In this document: one piece after another, positions 50,831-60,105 of the stretch
Layout: every line of letters begins with the position of its first letter
Numbering within the stretch: position 1 is the stretch's first letter
From: Nanobdellota archaeon
GTDB lineage: Archaea; Nanobdellota; Nanobdellia; Pacearchaeales; GW2011-AR1
Assembly (NCBI GenBank): GCA_038045945.1
Contig: JBBSXC010000004.1
Span: 96,001 to 160,000 of the forward strand
Length of the DNA: 64,000 nt
Direction: 5' to 3'
Made by a program: the position numbers and the translations under genes
Notes under the pieces: generated by a model
Told to the model about the DNA's origin: nothing
Seen by the model: only the letters and a program-made list of their open reading frames with translations
The model's database searches: none

Positions 50831-51499
50831 ATGGATTTAAGACTCAACGACGGAAGAGAAAAGTACCGTTTATTTTATGGAAGGAATTTAGCTGAAATGC
50901 CAAAGTTAGTTGCTGATGCTCGAGTACCAATTAATACAAAGCAAGTTATTGAAAGAAGACTAGAAGTATTTAGAAATTCAGATAATGAACTGAAAGAAAC
51001 ATGGATGGACAACTATTTCGATACAGGAGACGCAATTCTTTATCACCCAGACGGAAGAGTGAAGATAGTACTAGACTCTCAAATCCTAAGGGGTATGAGT
51101 CTAGAAAGCAAACGTATTGATGGAGCACTAATATTAAGTGAGGAAATTTATTCAAGCTCTTTAGGACTAGAGCTTAAACCAGAACAAATAAAAAAGATGG
51201 ATAATGAAAAGACATTAACAGCAGAACAAGTTAAAGGTCACCCAATTTGGAAATACTTACTAAGGGAAGATGAAGGACTTTTAGAGGAATCAATTGATAT
51301 CCTCTTTTCAGAAATGAACAGAAGATTTAGTTATAGCGAAGGTATGGGAGTTTATTTAGACCACCCTTCAAGGTTACCTAAAGCTAGAACTCTTTCAATA
51401 AGAAGACTAGAAGGATGGTCTGCAGCAGTTGCAAGAGGATTCTTTAATGATGGCGGAGGCCTAGGAAGACTCGTAGGCGTGAATTCTCAAAACCATTAG
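50831..51499 (+). CDS. Hypothetical protein, possibly C-type-lectin-fold (DGR-target-like)
   Basis: 222-aa ORF ending ...GRLVGV; family assignment from recall only. Confidence 0.6.
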   Translation: MDLRLNDGREKYRLFYGRNLAEMPKLVADARVPINTKQVIERRLEVFRNSDNELKETWMDNYFDTGDAILYHPDGRVKIVLDSQILRGMSLESKRIDGALILSEEIYSSSLGLELKPEQIKKMDNEKTLTAEQVKGHPIWKYLLREDEGLLEESIDILFSEMNRRFSYSEGMGVYLDHPSRLPKARTLSIRRLEGWSAAVARGFFNDGGGLGRLVGVNSQNH

Positions 51500-51506
51500 A
51501 GTTTTA

Positions 51507-54197
51507 TTAATAATAGAGAATAGTATCAGATTTTAAAGGAAGAGAAATGCAGCTATTAACATGATTCTTTGAACCTTCACCAATATCAACAGAACCACTA
51601 ATATATTTCTCAACACTGATATTAGCCTTAAGAGAATTATTTATTCTGTTAATCATGACCGATGAGTTAAAGCTAAGATAAGCCTTATTCAGAGGAATAA
51701 AACGAACATTATCAAGAACTAACCTATCAGAACTAATTACCAAACTCTTATTATAATAATTAGAGTTTACGGAAATAGCTAAAGGATTAATACAAGTAGC
51801 AGGCCTATCATGCAAAGAACTGTTTATTGATAAACCATTAATTTCTACAGTTTTAAAAATTACTTGAGGTCTTGAAAACTTCATAGTATTTTTAACAGTC
51901 TGATAATATGATAAATAAATAATTATAGAATCTGCATGGAAACTGTTACTAACTGAAACATCATAAAAAGCGATAGTCCCAGTAAGAAGATTATCACTAA
52001 TTTTTCCAATACTAACACCTAAAGCAGTTCGTTCATTAATTATCCCTTCAATACTCGATGGCCTTAAAATCTGATTCTTTAACAAAAATAAGAATAATAA
52101 GATAACAAAAATTATTAAAGCCGCAGTCATCCACCACCTAATAATAAACTGAAAATCTTTATCTCTTTTTGAGATAATCTTAGGAGTAATACTCTTACGA
52201 GTAAAAAAGCAATAACATGATAAGCAAGCAATAATAAAAAATGACAATAACAAAAATAGATATATCTTCTTCAGATCATACTTAAAGACCAAATCATGAT
52301 AGCCAGAAGGCAGATCAATGGCTATTCTGCCCAGAGAATCTTTACCATAAGAATATTTTTCCCCGTCTACTCTCAACAGATAATCTTTCTTGTATAAAAG
52401 ATTAATAGTTATTATATTAGGTGAAGAAAAATTAGTTTCAAATGATAAAGATTTTTTATCAATATTATAAGGTATACTTCCGCCACCATAAAAAACATAC
52501 GCCTTACTCGAGGGTAGCTTAATTATGGATAATTCCGAATTTTTATAAATAGTCTCTAGACCCACAAGTTCATTGTGATAAGAAAGACTATCATGAGGAA
52601 CGATAACATACATAACCCCATATTCCTCAAGCGAAGAGATATTTAGAGTCACGCCAGACAAGCCAGTACGGCTTATAGGAATTTTTTCTTCAGTAAGCTT
52701 ATCAATAAATGGCTCATAACCAGAAATATGATCAAGACCATAGTAAGTTGCAAAGTTTTGAGAAAGATAATAAGATTCAGGAAATGATGAAGTATAATTT
52801 GAATATTTGATATTAGAAGGATTATGAGAGCTATTTGTAAAAACACTAACAAATCTCCCACCACTCAGATTTAATTCTTTAAACAAAGAAGTGTTTAATG
52901 GCAATTTATCACCATAAGAAGACCAAGCGACTTTATGCGAGATAGAAAGGTGATAAATAAGTAACAAAGAAAATAAAACTACACAAATAGTATAAAGTAA
53001 TTTCTTGCCTTTTTCTTTGTTTATTAAGAATTTGCTAGCAAACATACCTCCAGCAACAATAGTGAAAAAATTAGTAAAAAGAGTTATTTTGAATGGTGAT
53101 GAAAAATTCTTTATCACTGGAAGGAAAGCACCTAATAAGTAAACCAAACCAAAATAACCAATACTAAGAATTATTGATAGTACAGCCATGTTAGTTATTA
53201 CTTCAGATTTTTTGATAATTTTCCATTTATACTTGTACAAAGAATAAAACAATCCAATAAAGAAAATTATTGAAAATAAAGCACCAGAATAATAAATGCT
53301 TATGAAATCACCTCCAGAATAACCAAAGGAACTGCTAGAATGAACTAAAGGATAAGAAATTATCGACCCTAGAAATAAGTCTGATGGAGATGAAGGAAGA
53401 CTAAATATGTAACCAATAAAGTTCCTGCTTCCACGAAGAGAATCATTAACAGTTAATAGCTGAGGCACTAGTAAAGGAATGGCAATCGCAATAGTGAATA
53501 TTGCTGAAAAGACGTATTTTTCAGCTAAACCTTTAATATTTTCCCAATTTCTTCTTTTACACATGGATAAAAGATATAAAAATTCAAAGATTAGAGTAAA
53601 TGCAAAGTATTGAGCGTTACCAGAATAAAAATAAATTCCTCTAACTGCTCCTAAAACTATTGCTTTTTTGAATGTTGGATCCTTTAATAAATAATCATCA
53701 AGAAGAAGAATTAGCGGAAGAAACAGAGCAGTAGGCACCACATAGTACCAATTTGCTGAACCAATAATCACATAACCTGAAAAAATGAAGGCAATTGAGG
53801 CTAATAACGATATTAGTTCATTTTTAGTCTTTGAATTAATAAATAAGTAAGCAACTATGAAAGCTAGAATTAAATGAATAAGGACAAAAATTTCGATTGT
53901 AAAAAAATCATTATGGAAGATATAGTGAGATAAAAAGTAGGATAGAATCATCAAAGGGTATAGAACTGCGTAAGTACCAACCTCAAATATTTTTACTCCC
54001 ATGAATTGATGTAGATTAACACTAGGAAAATCACCCGAGAATAACTGCTCCATCCCTTCAATGATTGTTGGGAGGAATTGTGCTAAGTTATCGTCTTTTG
54101 TGAAGTTGTAAGGGTGAAGAAATTCCAAGTAAGAAAAAAGCATTATTACAATAATCAACCCAATAAGAATGTACTTCTTGTTCTTACTCAATACCAT
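51507..54197 (-). CDS. YfhO-like GT-C membrane protein with C-terminal extension
   Basis: N-terminal DD..QF.P, G..YP, many TM, GY.P extracellular domain. Confidence 0.75.
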   Translation of the reverse strand: MVLSKNKKYILIGLIIVIMLFSYLEFLHPYNFTKDDNLAQFLPTIIEGMEQLFSGDFPSVNLHQFMGVKIFEVGTYAVLYPLMILSYFLSHYIFHNDFFTIEIFVLIHLILAFIVAYLFINSKTKNELISLLASIAFIFSGYVIIGSANWYYVVPTALFLPLILLLDDYLLKDPTFKKAIVLGAVRGIYFYSGNAQYFAFTLIFEFLYLLSMCKRRNWENIKGLAEKYVFSAIFTIAIAIPLLVPQLLTVNDSLRGSRNFIGYIFSLPSSPSDLFLGSIISYPLVHSSSSFGYSGGDFISIYYSGALFSIIFFIGLFYSLYKYKWKIIKKSEVITNMAVLSIILSIGYFGLVYLLGAFLPVIKNFSSPFKITLFTNFFTIVAGGMFASKFLINKEKGKKLLYTICVVLFSLLLIYHLSISHKVAWSSYGDKLPLNTSLFKELNLSGGRFVSVFTNSSHNPSNIKYSNYTSSFPESYYLSQNFATYYGLDHISGYEPFIDKLTEEKIPISRTGLSGVTLNISSLEEYGVMYVIVPHDSLSYHNELVGLETIYKNSELSIIKLPSSKAYVFYGGGSIPYNIDKKSLSFETNFSSPNIITINLLYKKDYLLRVDGEKYSYGKDSLGRIAIDLPSGYHDLVFKYDLKKIYLFLLLSFFIIACLSCYCFFTRKSITPKIISKRDKDFQFIIRWWMTAALIIFVILLFLFLLKNQILRPSSIEGIINERTALGVSIGKISDNLLTGTIAFYDVSVSNSFHADSIIIYLSYYQTVKNTMKFSRPQVIFKTVEINGLSINSSLHDRPATCINPLAISVNSNYYNKSLVISSDRLVLDNVRFIPLNKAYLSFNSSVMINRINNSLKANISVEKYISGSVDIGEGSKNHVNSCISLPLKSDTILYY

Positions 54198-54253
54198 AAA
54201 AAACAGTGAGAATCATCCTTTAAAATATCTGTTATTTATGAGAGCATACATCA

Positions 54254-54895
54254 CTAATCTAAATTTACAACACCAGACTTTTCCCACACCCCAACATAGT
54301 CTTTAGCCGTCATTACTGCATCAAGTTTGAAATCAAGTTTTTTTAGTTGCTCAATATAGTTTTGTATATCAGCAGGTCTCCCCCACCTTTCAGGACATAC
54401 TAAACAAGTCTTAAATTTCTTTAGTGTTGGTATAGCCTCCGAAGTTATTGGCATTTTTGTGTTTGTATCAACCCAAACCCAGTCAAGCATTGGCTGCCCT
54501 TGTTCATCAATTTGTGCTTGAACATACTCTATTGGTTCTGCTTCACTAAACCTTATTGATACTTTTCTCATGTTTTCCTTACGCGTTGCTCTATAAACAT
54601 ATGGGAATTCTTCATCTTGAAAAAACCAATCTTTTACTTTGTACTTGTGCATAAGCTCAATAATTTTTTTTTCATAACCCATTTCTTTAACGTTTAGGAC
54701 CATTATTGCATGATTCCAATGCCTCAAATATTCTTCAAAATCAGTATAAGCATTACTCTTTATGCCCTCATCAGTTAATGGATCATGAGACATAAACAAT
54801 TTATCACCATAACCCCTAAGATCAAGCTCAACACCATGATTATGAGGAACATCCTTTAGTTGTCCAACAGTATTGATACGATGACGAATAATCAT
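54254..54895 (-). CDS. GDPD/PI-PLC-like phosphodiesterase
   Basis: HRIN, GVELDLR, SHDP, LNVKE; ATGA overlap with the upstream GT2 fixes the start. Confidence 0.75.
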   Translation of the reverse strand: MIIRHRINTVGQLKDVPHNHGVELDLRGYGDKLFMSHDPLTDEGIKSNAYTDFEEYLRHWNHAIMVLNVKEMGYEKKIIELMHKYKVKDWFFQDEEFPYVYRATRKENMRKVSIRFSEAEPIEYVQAQIDEQGQPMLDWVWVDTNTKMPITSEAIPTLKKFKTCLVCPERWGRPADIQNYIEQLKKLDFKLDAVMTAKDYVGVWEKSGVVNLD

Positions 54896-55617
54896 GTTAA
54901 TTGCCTCTTCATTTCTCTTGTAAACTTCATAGTTCTTTTGATAAACTTGATTCTGGCTTTCCATCCCGTATTCCAAGCGCTTTCGCCGAAAATGCGTTTA
55001 CCAAAATGGACAGGAAAACGAACAATCTTATAACCATTAATTTTGGCACTATAATAAACAAATAAGTCAAAAGCAAAATCTTTAGGAGGATTGACTAAAT
55101 TTTTTAAAAAAGAACGATGAAAGATATTCGGCTGAGCGTTAATATCATACATCCAAGTTTTAAGCATTAAAGTTTCAAAAAGCGACATGCCAAGACCATT
55201 AACTAGTTTATCAACTAATGGTCTGCCGTAACGCTTACCCTTAACAAAGGCATTATTAGGATTAACCTGAGTTTTTATAATCTCTAATGCCCTTAGAGTA
55301 TCAGCTGGCGGCGTTTGAAGATCAGAATGAGTCCAACCAATAAATTCGCCTTTAGCAACTTTGAGACCATTATACAAAGAGACACCATAACCAGGCTCTT
55401 TAGTAAACAACGGCCTGATGAAATTATACTTTTTAGACATCGCAATTATAACTCTTCTTGTTCCGTCCTTACTACCACCATCCTCAACAAAAATGACTTC
55501 GATATCAGCTTTTTTTGAAATCTTAAGAAATTCTCCTACAACCCTAGAAATATTTTTTTCTTCGTTAAAAACAGGAAGAACAATACTTAATTCAATTTTT
55601 CTTGATTTTGTTGACAT
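54892..55617 (-). CDS. GT2, polyprenyl-phosphate glycosyltransferase-like
   Basis: VLPVFNEE, GSKD, GYG, HSDLQ, R..GES. Confidence 0.88.
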   Translation of the reverse strand: MSTKSRKIELSIVLPVFNEEKNISRVVGEFLKISKKADIEVIFVEDGGSKDGTRRVIIAMSKKYNFIRPLFTKEPGYGVSLYNGLKVAKGEFIGWTHSDLQTPPADTLRALEIIKTQVNPNNAFVKGKRYGRPLVDKLVNGLGMSLFETLMLKTWMYDINAQPNIFHRSFLKNLVNPPKDFAFDLFVYYSAKINGYKIVRFPVHFGKRIFGESAWNTGWKARIKFIKRTMKFTREMKRQLT

Positions 55618-56428
55618 GAGTAAAATACCTCTCCCACAGTTTGTTATCTTTTTCTGAAATTTTTAGGTCTTCCAGCTTCTTAAACTTGTAGAAGTACTCT
55701 ATTTTTTCGTATTCATGAAATTCGCTAGGTGTTCCCCAACCAATAAGCAGATCAACATCAAATATACAACTCTTACGACCATCAAGCTTTAAAGAGAGAG
55801 GCAAATTATCAAGATAGAACTCATTATTAGTCTTAATTTCATGCTTAATCATAGTTCTAATAGCCTGATACAGTATTTCTTTAGAACGAACCCAAAAAGT
55901 TGCAGCAACAACATGGTCATTGAAAGGATTATCTGATATAGGAACCTTAACACTCATATCATTAATTGTTTTCCCATCCTTATCAAGAACTGCGTAACCC
56001 CAAGCTTTGGGACTCGCAGGAATTCTAGAATCCTTAGTGAAAGTCCATAAAACACAGTCATAATTAGAATTCTTTAATGACTCAAATTCTTTCTCGTTAT
56101 AGACAAACCCCATGTCACAACCGGCTATGAAGACATCTTCACCTGCAGGAATGTGTTCTTCAGCACAAAATATTGATGCTCCACCAAGCAAGTCTTTATC
56201 AACAGTTATTATCGCACCAGGTATTTTTGCTTTTATTGCTTTATCAATAGAGAAGTCATCAATATGTTCTTGCCTAACAACAAAAATCCATTTATTAGCT
56301 TTTGGCAAACAATCAATAACTTTCCAGATCATAGGCTCACCATCAATAGGAATAAGAGGTTTAGGAAGAGAATAACCCACTTCAGAAAAACGTTTACCAC
56401 GACCAGCCATAGTAATCAAGTTTATCAT
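55592..56428 (-). CDS. Sugar-phosphate nucleotidyltransferase
   Basis: MAGRGKRF...PKPLI, CD, NEFY, WGTP. Confidence 0.85.
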   Translation of the reverse strand: MINLITMAGRGKRFSEVGYSLPKPLIPIDGEPMIWKVIDCLPKANKWIFVVRQEHIDDFSIDKAIKAKIPGAIITVDKDLLGGASIFCAEEHIPAGEDVFIAGCDMGFVYNEKEFESLKNSNYDCVLWTFTKDSRIPASPKAWGYAVLDKDGKTINDMSVKVPISDNPFNDHVVAATFWVRSKEILYQAIRTMIKHEIKTNNEFYLDNLPLSLKLDGRKSCIFDVDLLIGWGTPSEFHEYEKIEYFYKFKKLEDLKISEKDNKLWERYFTHVNKIKKN

Positions 56429-56464
56429 AATACTAAAAGCAACAAAGGATTTTTAAGACTATCT

Positions 56465-57262
56465 TCATCCAGAAAATTCATCAACAAAAGCTTCTAATAA
56501 GGGAACCCTACCTCTTACCATATCCACATTATTATCAGTAAGATCATCACCTACCCTAACAGGTAATTTATATCCTAAAGAAAGGGTTACCTTATCAGTT
56601 TCGTCCTGACTGATACCAGCATGATCTCCTTGGTGGTTTGAATAATCAATTGAGGATTCCAAAATTTTTCCCTTACTACCTGCCGCAATAGCCCTAAGAT
56701 TAATAATAGTTTCAGACGTTCTTCTTAACCATGCATTCCACCTAAATCCAGCATGTGCAAGACTTCTATTTTTTTCACCATCATTAGATAGTTTTTTTGC
56801 CAATTCTGCTTCAATGGAAGAAAAAAATGCTAGCCCTTCTTCACTAATGGGTCTGTCATCAAGTATATTATTCTCATAAGTACTTACATTAAGATTCACG
56901 GAATAAGTAAAATAACCGGGACTTTTGTTGCCCGTATAGCTAATATCAAAATTATCTTGTCCTCTAAGAGCAATAACATTACTCTTTAACCCTCTGACTT
57001 TAGGCACATACTTTTGGAGAGAACGAATAAGGTTAGGATCTATTAGTAAACCTCTTTTTATGCTAACACCAAGATAATTTAGAGCGTCAATATTTTCGGC
57101 AGAACCCGTAAGTTCCTTCTTTTCCCAGTATAAACCACTACTAAAATTGAATCTTGATCGAAGTACAACACCAGGTCTTATCTGATCATCTAGAAAAACT
57201 TCATCCAAATCTTTTCTTTTTAGTCCAGCAATTGTCTTTCTAATTCCATCATCTATTCTCAT
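56465..57262 (-). CDS. Hypothetical protein
   Basis: About 265-aa ORF filling the gap; TATA-like upstream; no motif recognised. Confidence 0.65.
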   Translation of the reverse strand: MRIDDGIRKTIAGLKRKDLDEVFLDDQIRPGVVLRSRFNFSSGLYWEKKELTGSAENIDALNYLGVSIKRGLLIDPNLIRSLQKYVPKVRGLKSNVIALRGQDNFDISYTGNKSPGYFTYSVNLNVSTYENNILDDRPISEEGLAFFSSIEAELAKKLSNDGEKNRSLAHAGFRWNAWLRRTSETIINLRAIAAGSKGKILESSIDYSNHQGDHAGISQDETDKVTLSLGYKLPVRVGDDLTDNNVDMVRGRVPLLEAFVDEFSG

Positions 57263-57397
57263 GATCTCTAGTAAAATAAGAGGGTATATAAACATTTCTT
57301 TTATAGTCACTTTTAAGTAACACTAATAAACCTCTTACTAGACCATATTATGATTTCACTCTATAAATCTTTATAAAGATTCTTATAAAAAAACTCT

Positions 57398-58255
57398 ATG
57401 AGAGATATGATAGAAACAATAAGAGAAGCAGGAAGATATGCATTGTCAATGCAAGGGCATGTCAAGCCAAAAGTGAAAGTCGTAAGCGACAGAGAAAAGC
57501 ATAAACATGATGAAAAAGAATTATTCTCAGCAGTAGACTTAGAAGTTCAGAGGAGGATTATTGATAAACTAGTCAGAACTTATGGATCAGAGATAGGAAT
57601 AATAGCAGAAGAGGAAAGCAGAGAATTTAGCAGCCTAAGAAACTTCGGAAAGTTTACTAGCGGGATCAATGCAGCAATAGACCCAATTGATGGAACAAAG
57701 AATTATCTACAAGGATCAAAAATGTGGGGAATATCATTAGGAATAATGCAGGGAAGAGAACCAATAAGTGGAATAATACATTATCCAGCACTAGAATTAA
57801 CACTAGAAACAATAGCAGGTGATGGAACATTCATCAATGGTGAAAGAATAAAATTAGGATCCAGTTATAAAAATGGAGACTTTGTAAGAGTTAGTGGAAG
57901 CATCTCAGATTATGAAAGAATAAGAAAGTTATTCCCAAAAGACAATATTGCTCCAAGAAGTTTTGTTGTAACAATTCTAAGTTTATTAGGAAGAGAAGAA
58001 TTAAAATCTCAAAATTACAAAGCTTATTTTGGAGGAAATATCGATGTTTGCGATTTAGGACCATCAGCACTAGCCTATAAGGAAGCAGGAGGAGTTGTAA
58101 TGGACATGAATGGTAGAGATGGTAATCCTTTAGCTCAGACTTATAATGATGGTAAGACCCTAAGAACAAAAAAAGAATTTGTCATGGCACCAAACACTGA
58201 AAGCGCAATTAGAATAATAAGCAAGATAAGAACAGAAAGATTAAGATCACAATAA
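57398..58255 (+). CDS. Inositol monophosphatase (FIG) family phosphatase
   Basis: AEE, IDPIDGTKNY, EAGG; WD motif replaced by CD. Confidence 0.88.
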   Translation: MRDMIETIREAGRYALSMQGHVKPKVKVVSDREKHKHDEKELFSAVDLEVQRRIIDKLVRTYGSEIGIIAEEESREFSSLRNFGKFTSGINAAIDPIDGTKNYLQGSKMWGISLGIMQGREPISGIIHYPALELTLETIAGDGTFINGERIKLGSSYKNGDFVRVSGSISDYERIRKLFPKDNIAPRSFVVTILSLLGREELKSQNYKAYFGGNIDVCDLGPSALAYKEAGGVVMDMNGRDGNPLAQTYNDGKTLRTKKEFVMAPNTESAIRIISKIRTERLRSQ

Positions 58256-59131
58256 TCCCTTACCGAAAGAGTGAAAATTTGATAATGAAAAAAATTCTTT
58301 CCAGTAATCAAAGATTCTTCTCCCATCAGAAATTTTGAATTTTATTGTTTCCTCAGCGATTAATCCGCTAGTAATTTTCTTAAATAATTCTGACCACCAC
58401 TGATACTCTTGCAAATCCTGCGGAGTACCCCACTGACAAAAATACTTGTGCTCATAAACATACACTTTTAGTTTATCTCTAAGCATCAACTCATAGACAG
58501 TGCTAACATAATGCTCACCATTTATTTTTTTATCATTAAAGCTTAATAATTCTGAAAAGTAATCCTTAACCATTTTACCACTACTGAAATAATAAGTACC
58601 AGATGAATGCCAAGTATCAAAGGGGCTTGGAGTAAACCTGTGTTTTTCTTTAATTTCAAGCACCCGATTATTTTCATCAGCCTTAACACCCGCGTATAAT
58701 TGCCCCCTAAGAAGGTGAGGATGAAAACCAGTATAGCAAGGAACACAACCATCAGCACCAGTTTTTTCCACCATCATCTTAAAATTGCCATAATCCCAGT
58801 AAGCATTAAAATCACAATAGTTAACAATGATTGGAGAATCATCATGGAGGAATTTTTTAGCTTTCATGACTGCATAAACAGGTCCGAATTTGTGAGGCTT
58901 GATAGAAATTATTTTTGCTGAAGGTTTGAGTTTTTTTATTATTTCTCTCATTTTAGTGTTTTTTAGGTGATCTGAGTTACATATGAACAAAAAATCATCT
59001 TCTCCAGGAAACATATTAATCACGTGCTCAATAATAGGCTTGCCTTCAACTTCAATCAAGGGTTTAGGATTAGAATACCCCGATTCGATGAACCTCCTAC
59101 CAATACCAGACATAGGGATTACTATTTGCAT
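58247..59131 (-). CDS. Sugar-phosphate nucleotidyltransferase
   Basis: IPMSGIGRRF...PKPLI, NYCD, EK, GEHY, WGTP. Confidence 0.85.
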   Translation of the reverse strand: MQIVIPMSGIGRRFIESGYSNPKPLIEVEGKPIIEHVINMFPGEDDFLFICNSDHLKNTKMREIIKKLKPSAKIISIKPHKFGPVYAVMKAKKFLHDDSPIIVNYCDFNAYWDYGNFKMMVEKTGADGCVPCYTGFHPHLLRGQLYAGVKADENNRVLEIKEKHRFTPSPFDTWHSSGTYYFSSGKMVKDYFSELLSFNDKKINGEHYVSTVYELMLRDKLKVYVYEHKYFCQWGTPQDLQEYQWWSELFKKITSGLIAEETIKFKISDGRRIFDYWKEFFSLSNFHSFGKGLL

Positions 59132-60105
59132 TATTCTTCCACACTCCTCTTACGATATTTTTCTTCTTCCATGTTAACCAATTCTTCAACATCACGTACA
59201 CTCAAAGGTTTAATTTCTCCCAAGACTCTAGAATAATTTAATACATGATTATGAGCGTATAAAACTTCATCAATGTTTCTTGAAGACTTCTCAGATAACT
59301 GGTAGAAAAGGCGGCCATCCAAAACACTCGCCTTCCCCTTTCCCCTTTTTAGGTCTTCCAGAAATACAACAGCGTCAGGAAACATATAGACTCCAGAAAG
59401 ACTATCACCAATAACCGAGCCCAAAAATCCGCTCATACCATCATGAATGTGAGGAACAGGAGGAGAATAAGGAGGTAGAACAAGGTTAGTTCTATCAAGA
59501 ACCAAGGACTTAGCAGCATTAGAAATTATTAAAGTTTTTTCTAAACAATCCTTAGGAGTCTGGCCAGAAACCAATAATCCATGATTTCTAAGGATAAACG
59601 AAGGGTACCTACACCCTTTTGCATTCAAAGATAAAAAAGAGGAATAAACTTGTTTTGCAAGATTGAAACCAGGCCTGAAATAGTCAACAACTGCAACATC
59701 ATCAAGCCCCAGTGAAGAGAGTAAACTTGCAGGATCGCTAAGACCAGATATAGAGTTTAGAAATATTGGATGAGTATGCAAAACGCACCTAGGAAGATAG
59801 GAATGAAACCCAACTTCCATAGAAGGTTTAAGACCACCATTAGAATCAAGGATAGAAAATTTGATTAGATCACGAGACTGCTCTTCACTTTCTGCAGAGC
59901 CATGTTCAAAAGATTCTCTTATTAGAGGATGATTGACAAGAACATAACCAGACTTACAGTTTACATCAGAAAGATTGAAACCAGAAGCCTTAATCCACAT
60001 AGAACGAGAATTTTTTACTGAAGCATTAGCCCCACCAGCCTGAGTCAATTCTATGTTCTTACCGATTTGGGAACACATAAGGACAAGGTCTTTAACCTCT
60101 TTCAT
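59131..60105 (-). CDS. Class II aldolase/adducin family protein
   Basis: GG.N.S.K, IKASG, PSME..H, HTHP, NHGL. Confidence 0.87.
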   Translation of the reverse strand: MKEVKDLVLMCSQIGKNIELTQAGGANASVKNSRSMWIKASGFNLSDVNCKSGYVLVNHPLIRESFEHGSAESEEQSRDLIKFSILDSNGGLKPSMEVGFHSYLPRCVLHTHPIFLNSISGLSDPASLLSSLGLDDVAVVDYFRPGFNLAKQVYSSFLSLNAKGCRYPSFILRNHGLLVSGQTPKDCLEKTLIISNAAKSLVLDRTNLVLPPYSPPVPHIHDGMSGFLGSVIGDSLSGVYMFPDAVVFLEDLKRGKGKASVLDGRLFYQLSEKSSRNIDEVLYAHNHVLNYSRVLGEIKPLSVRDVEELVNMEEEKYRKRSVEE

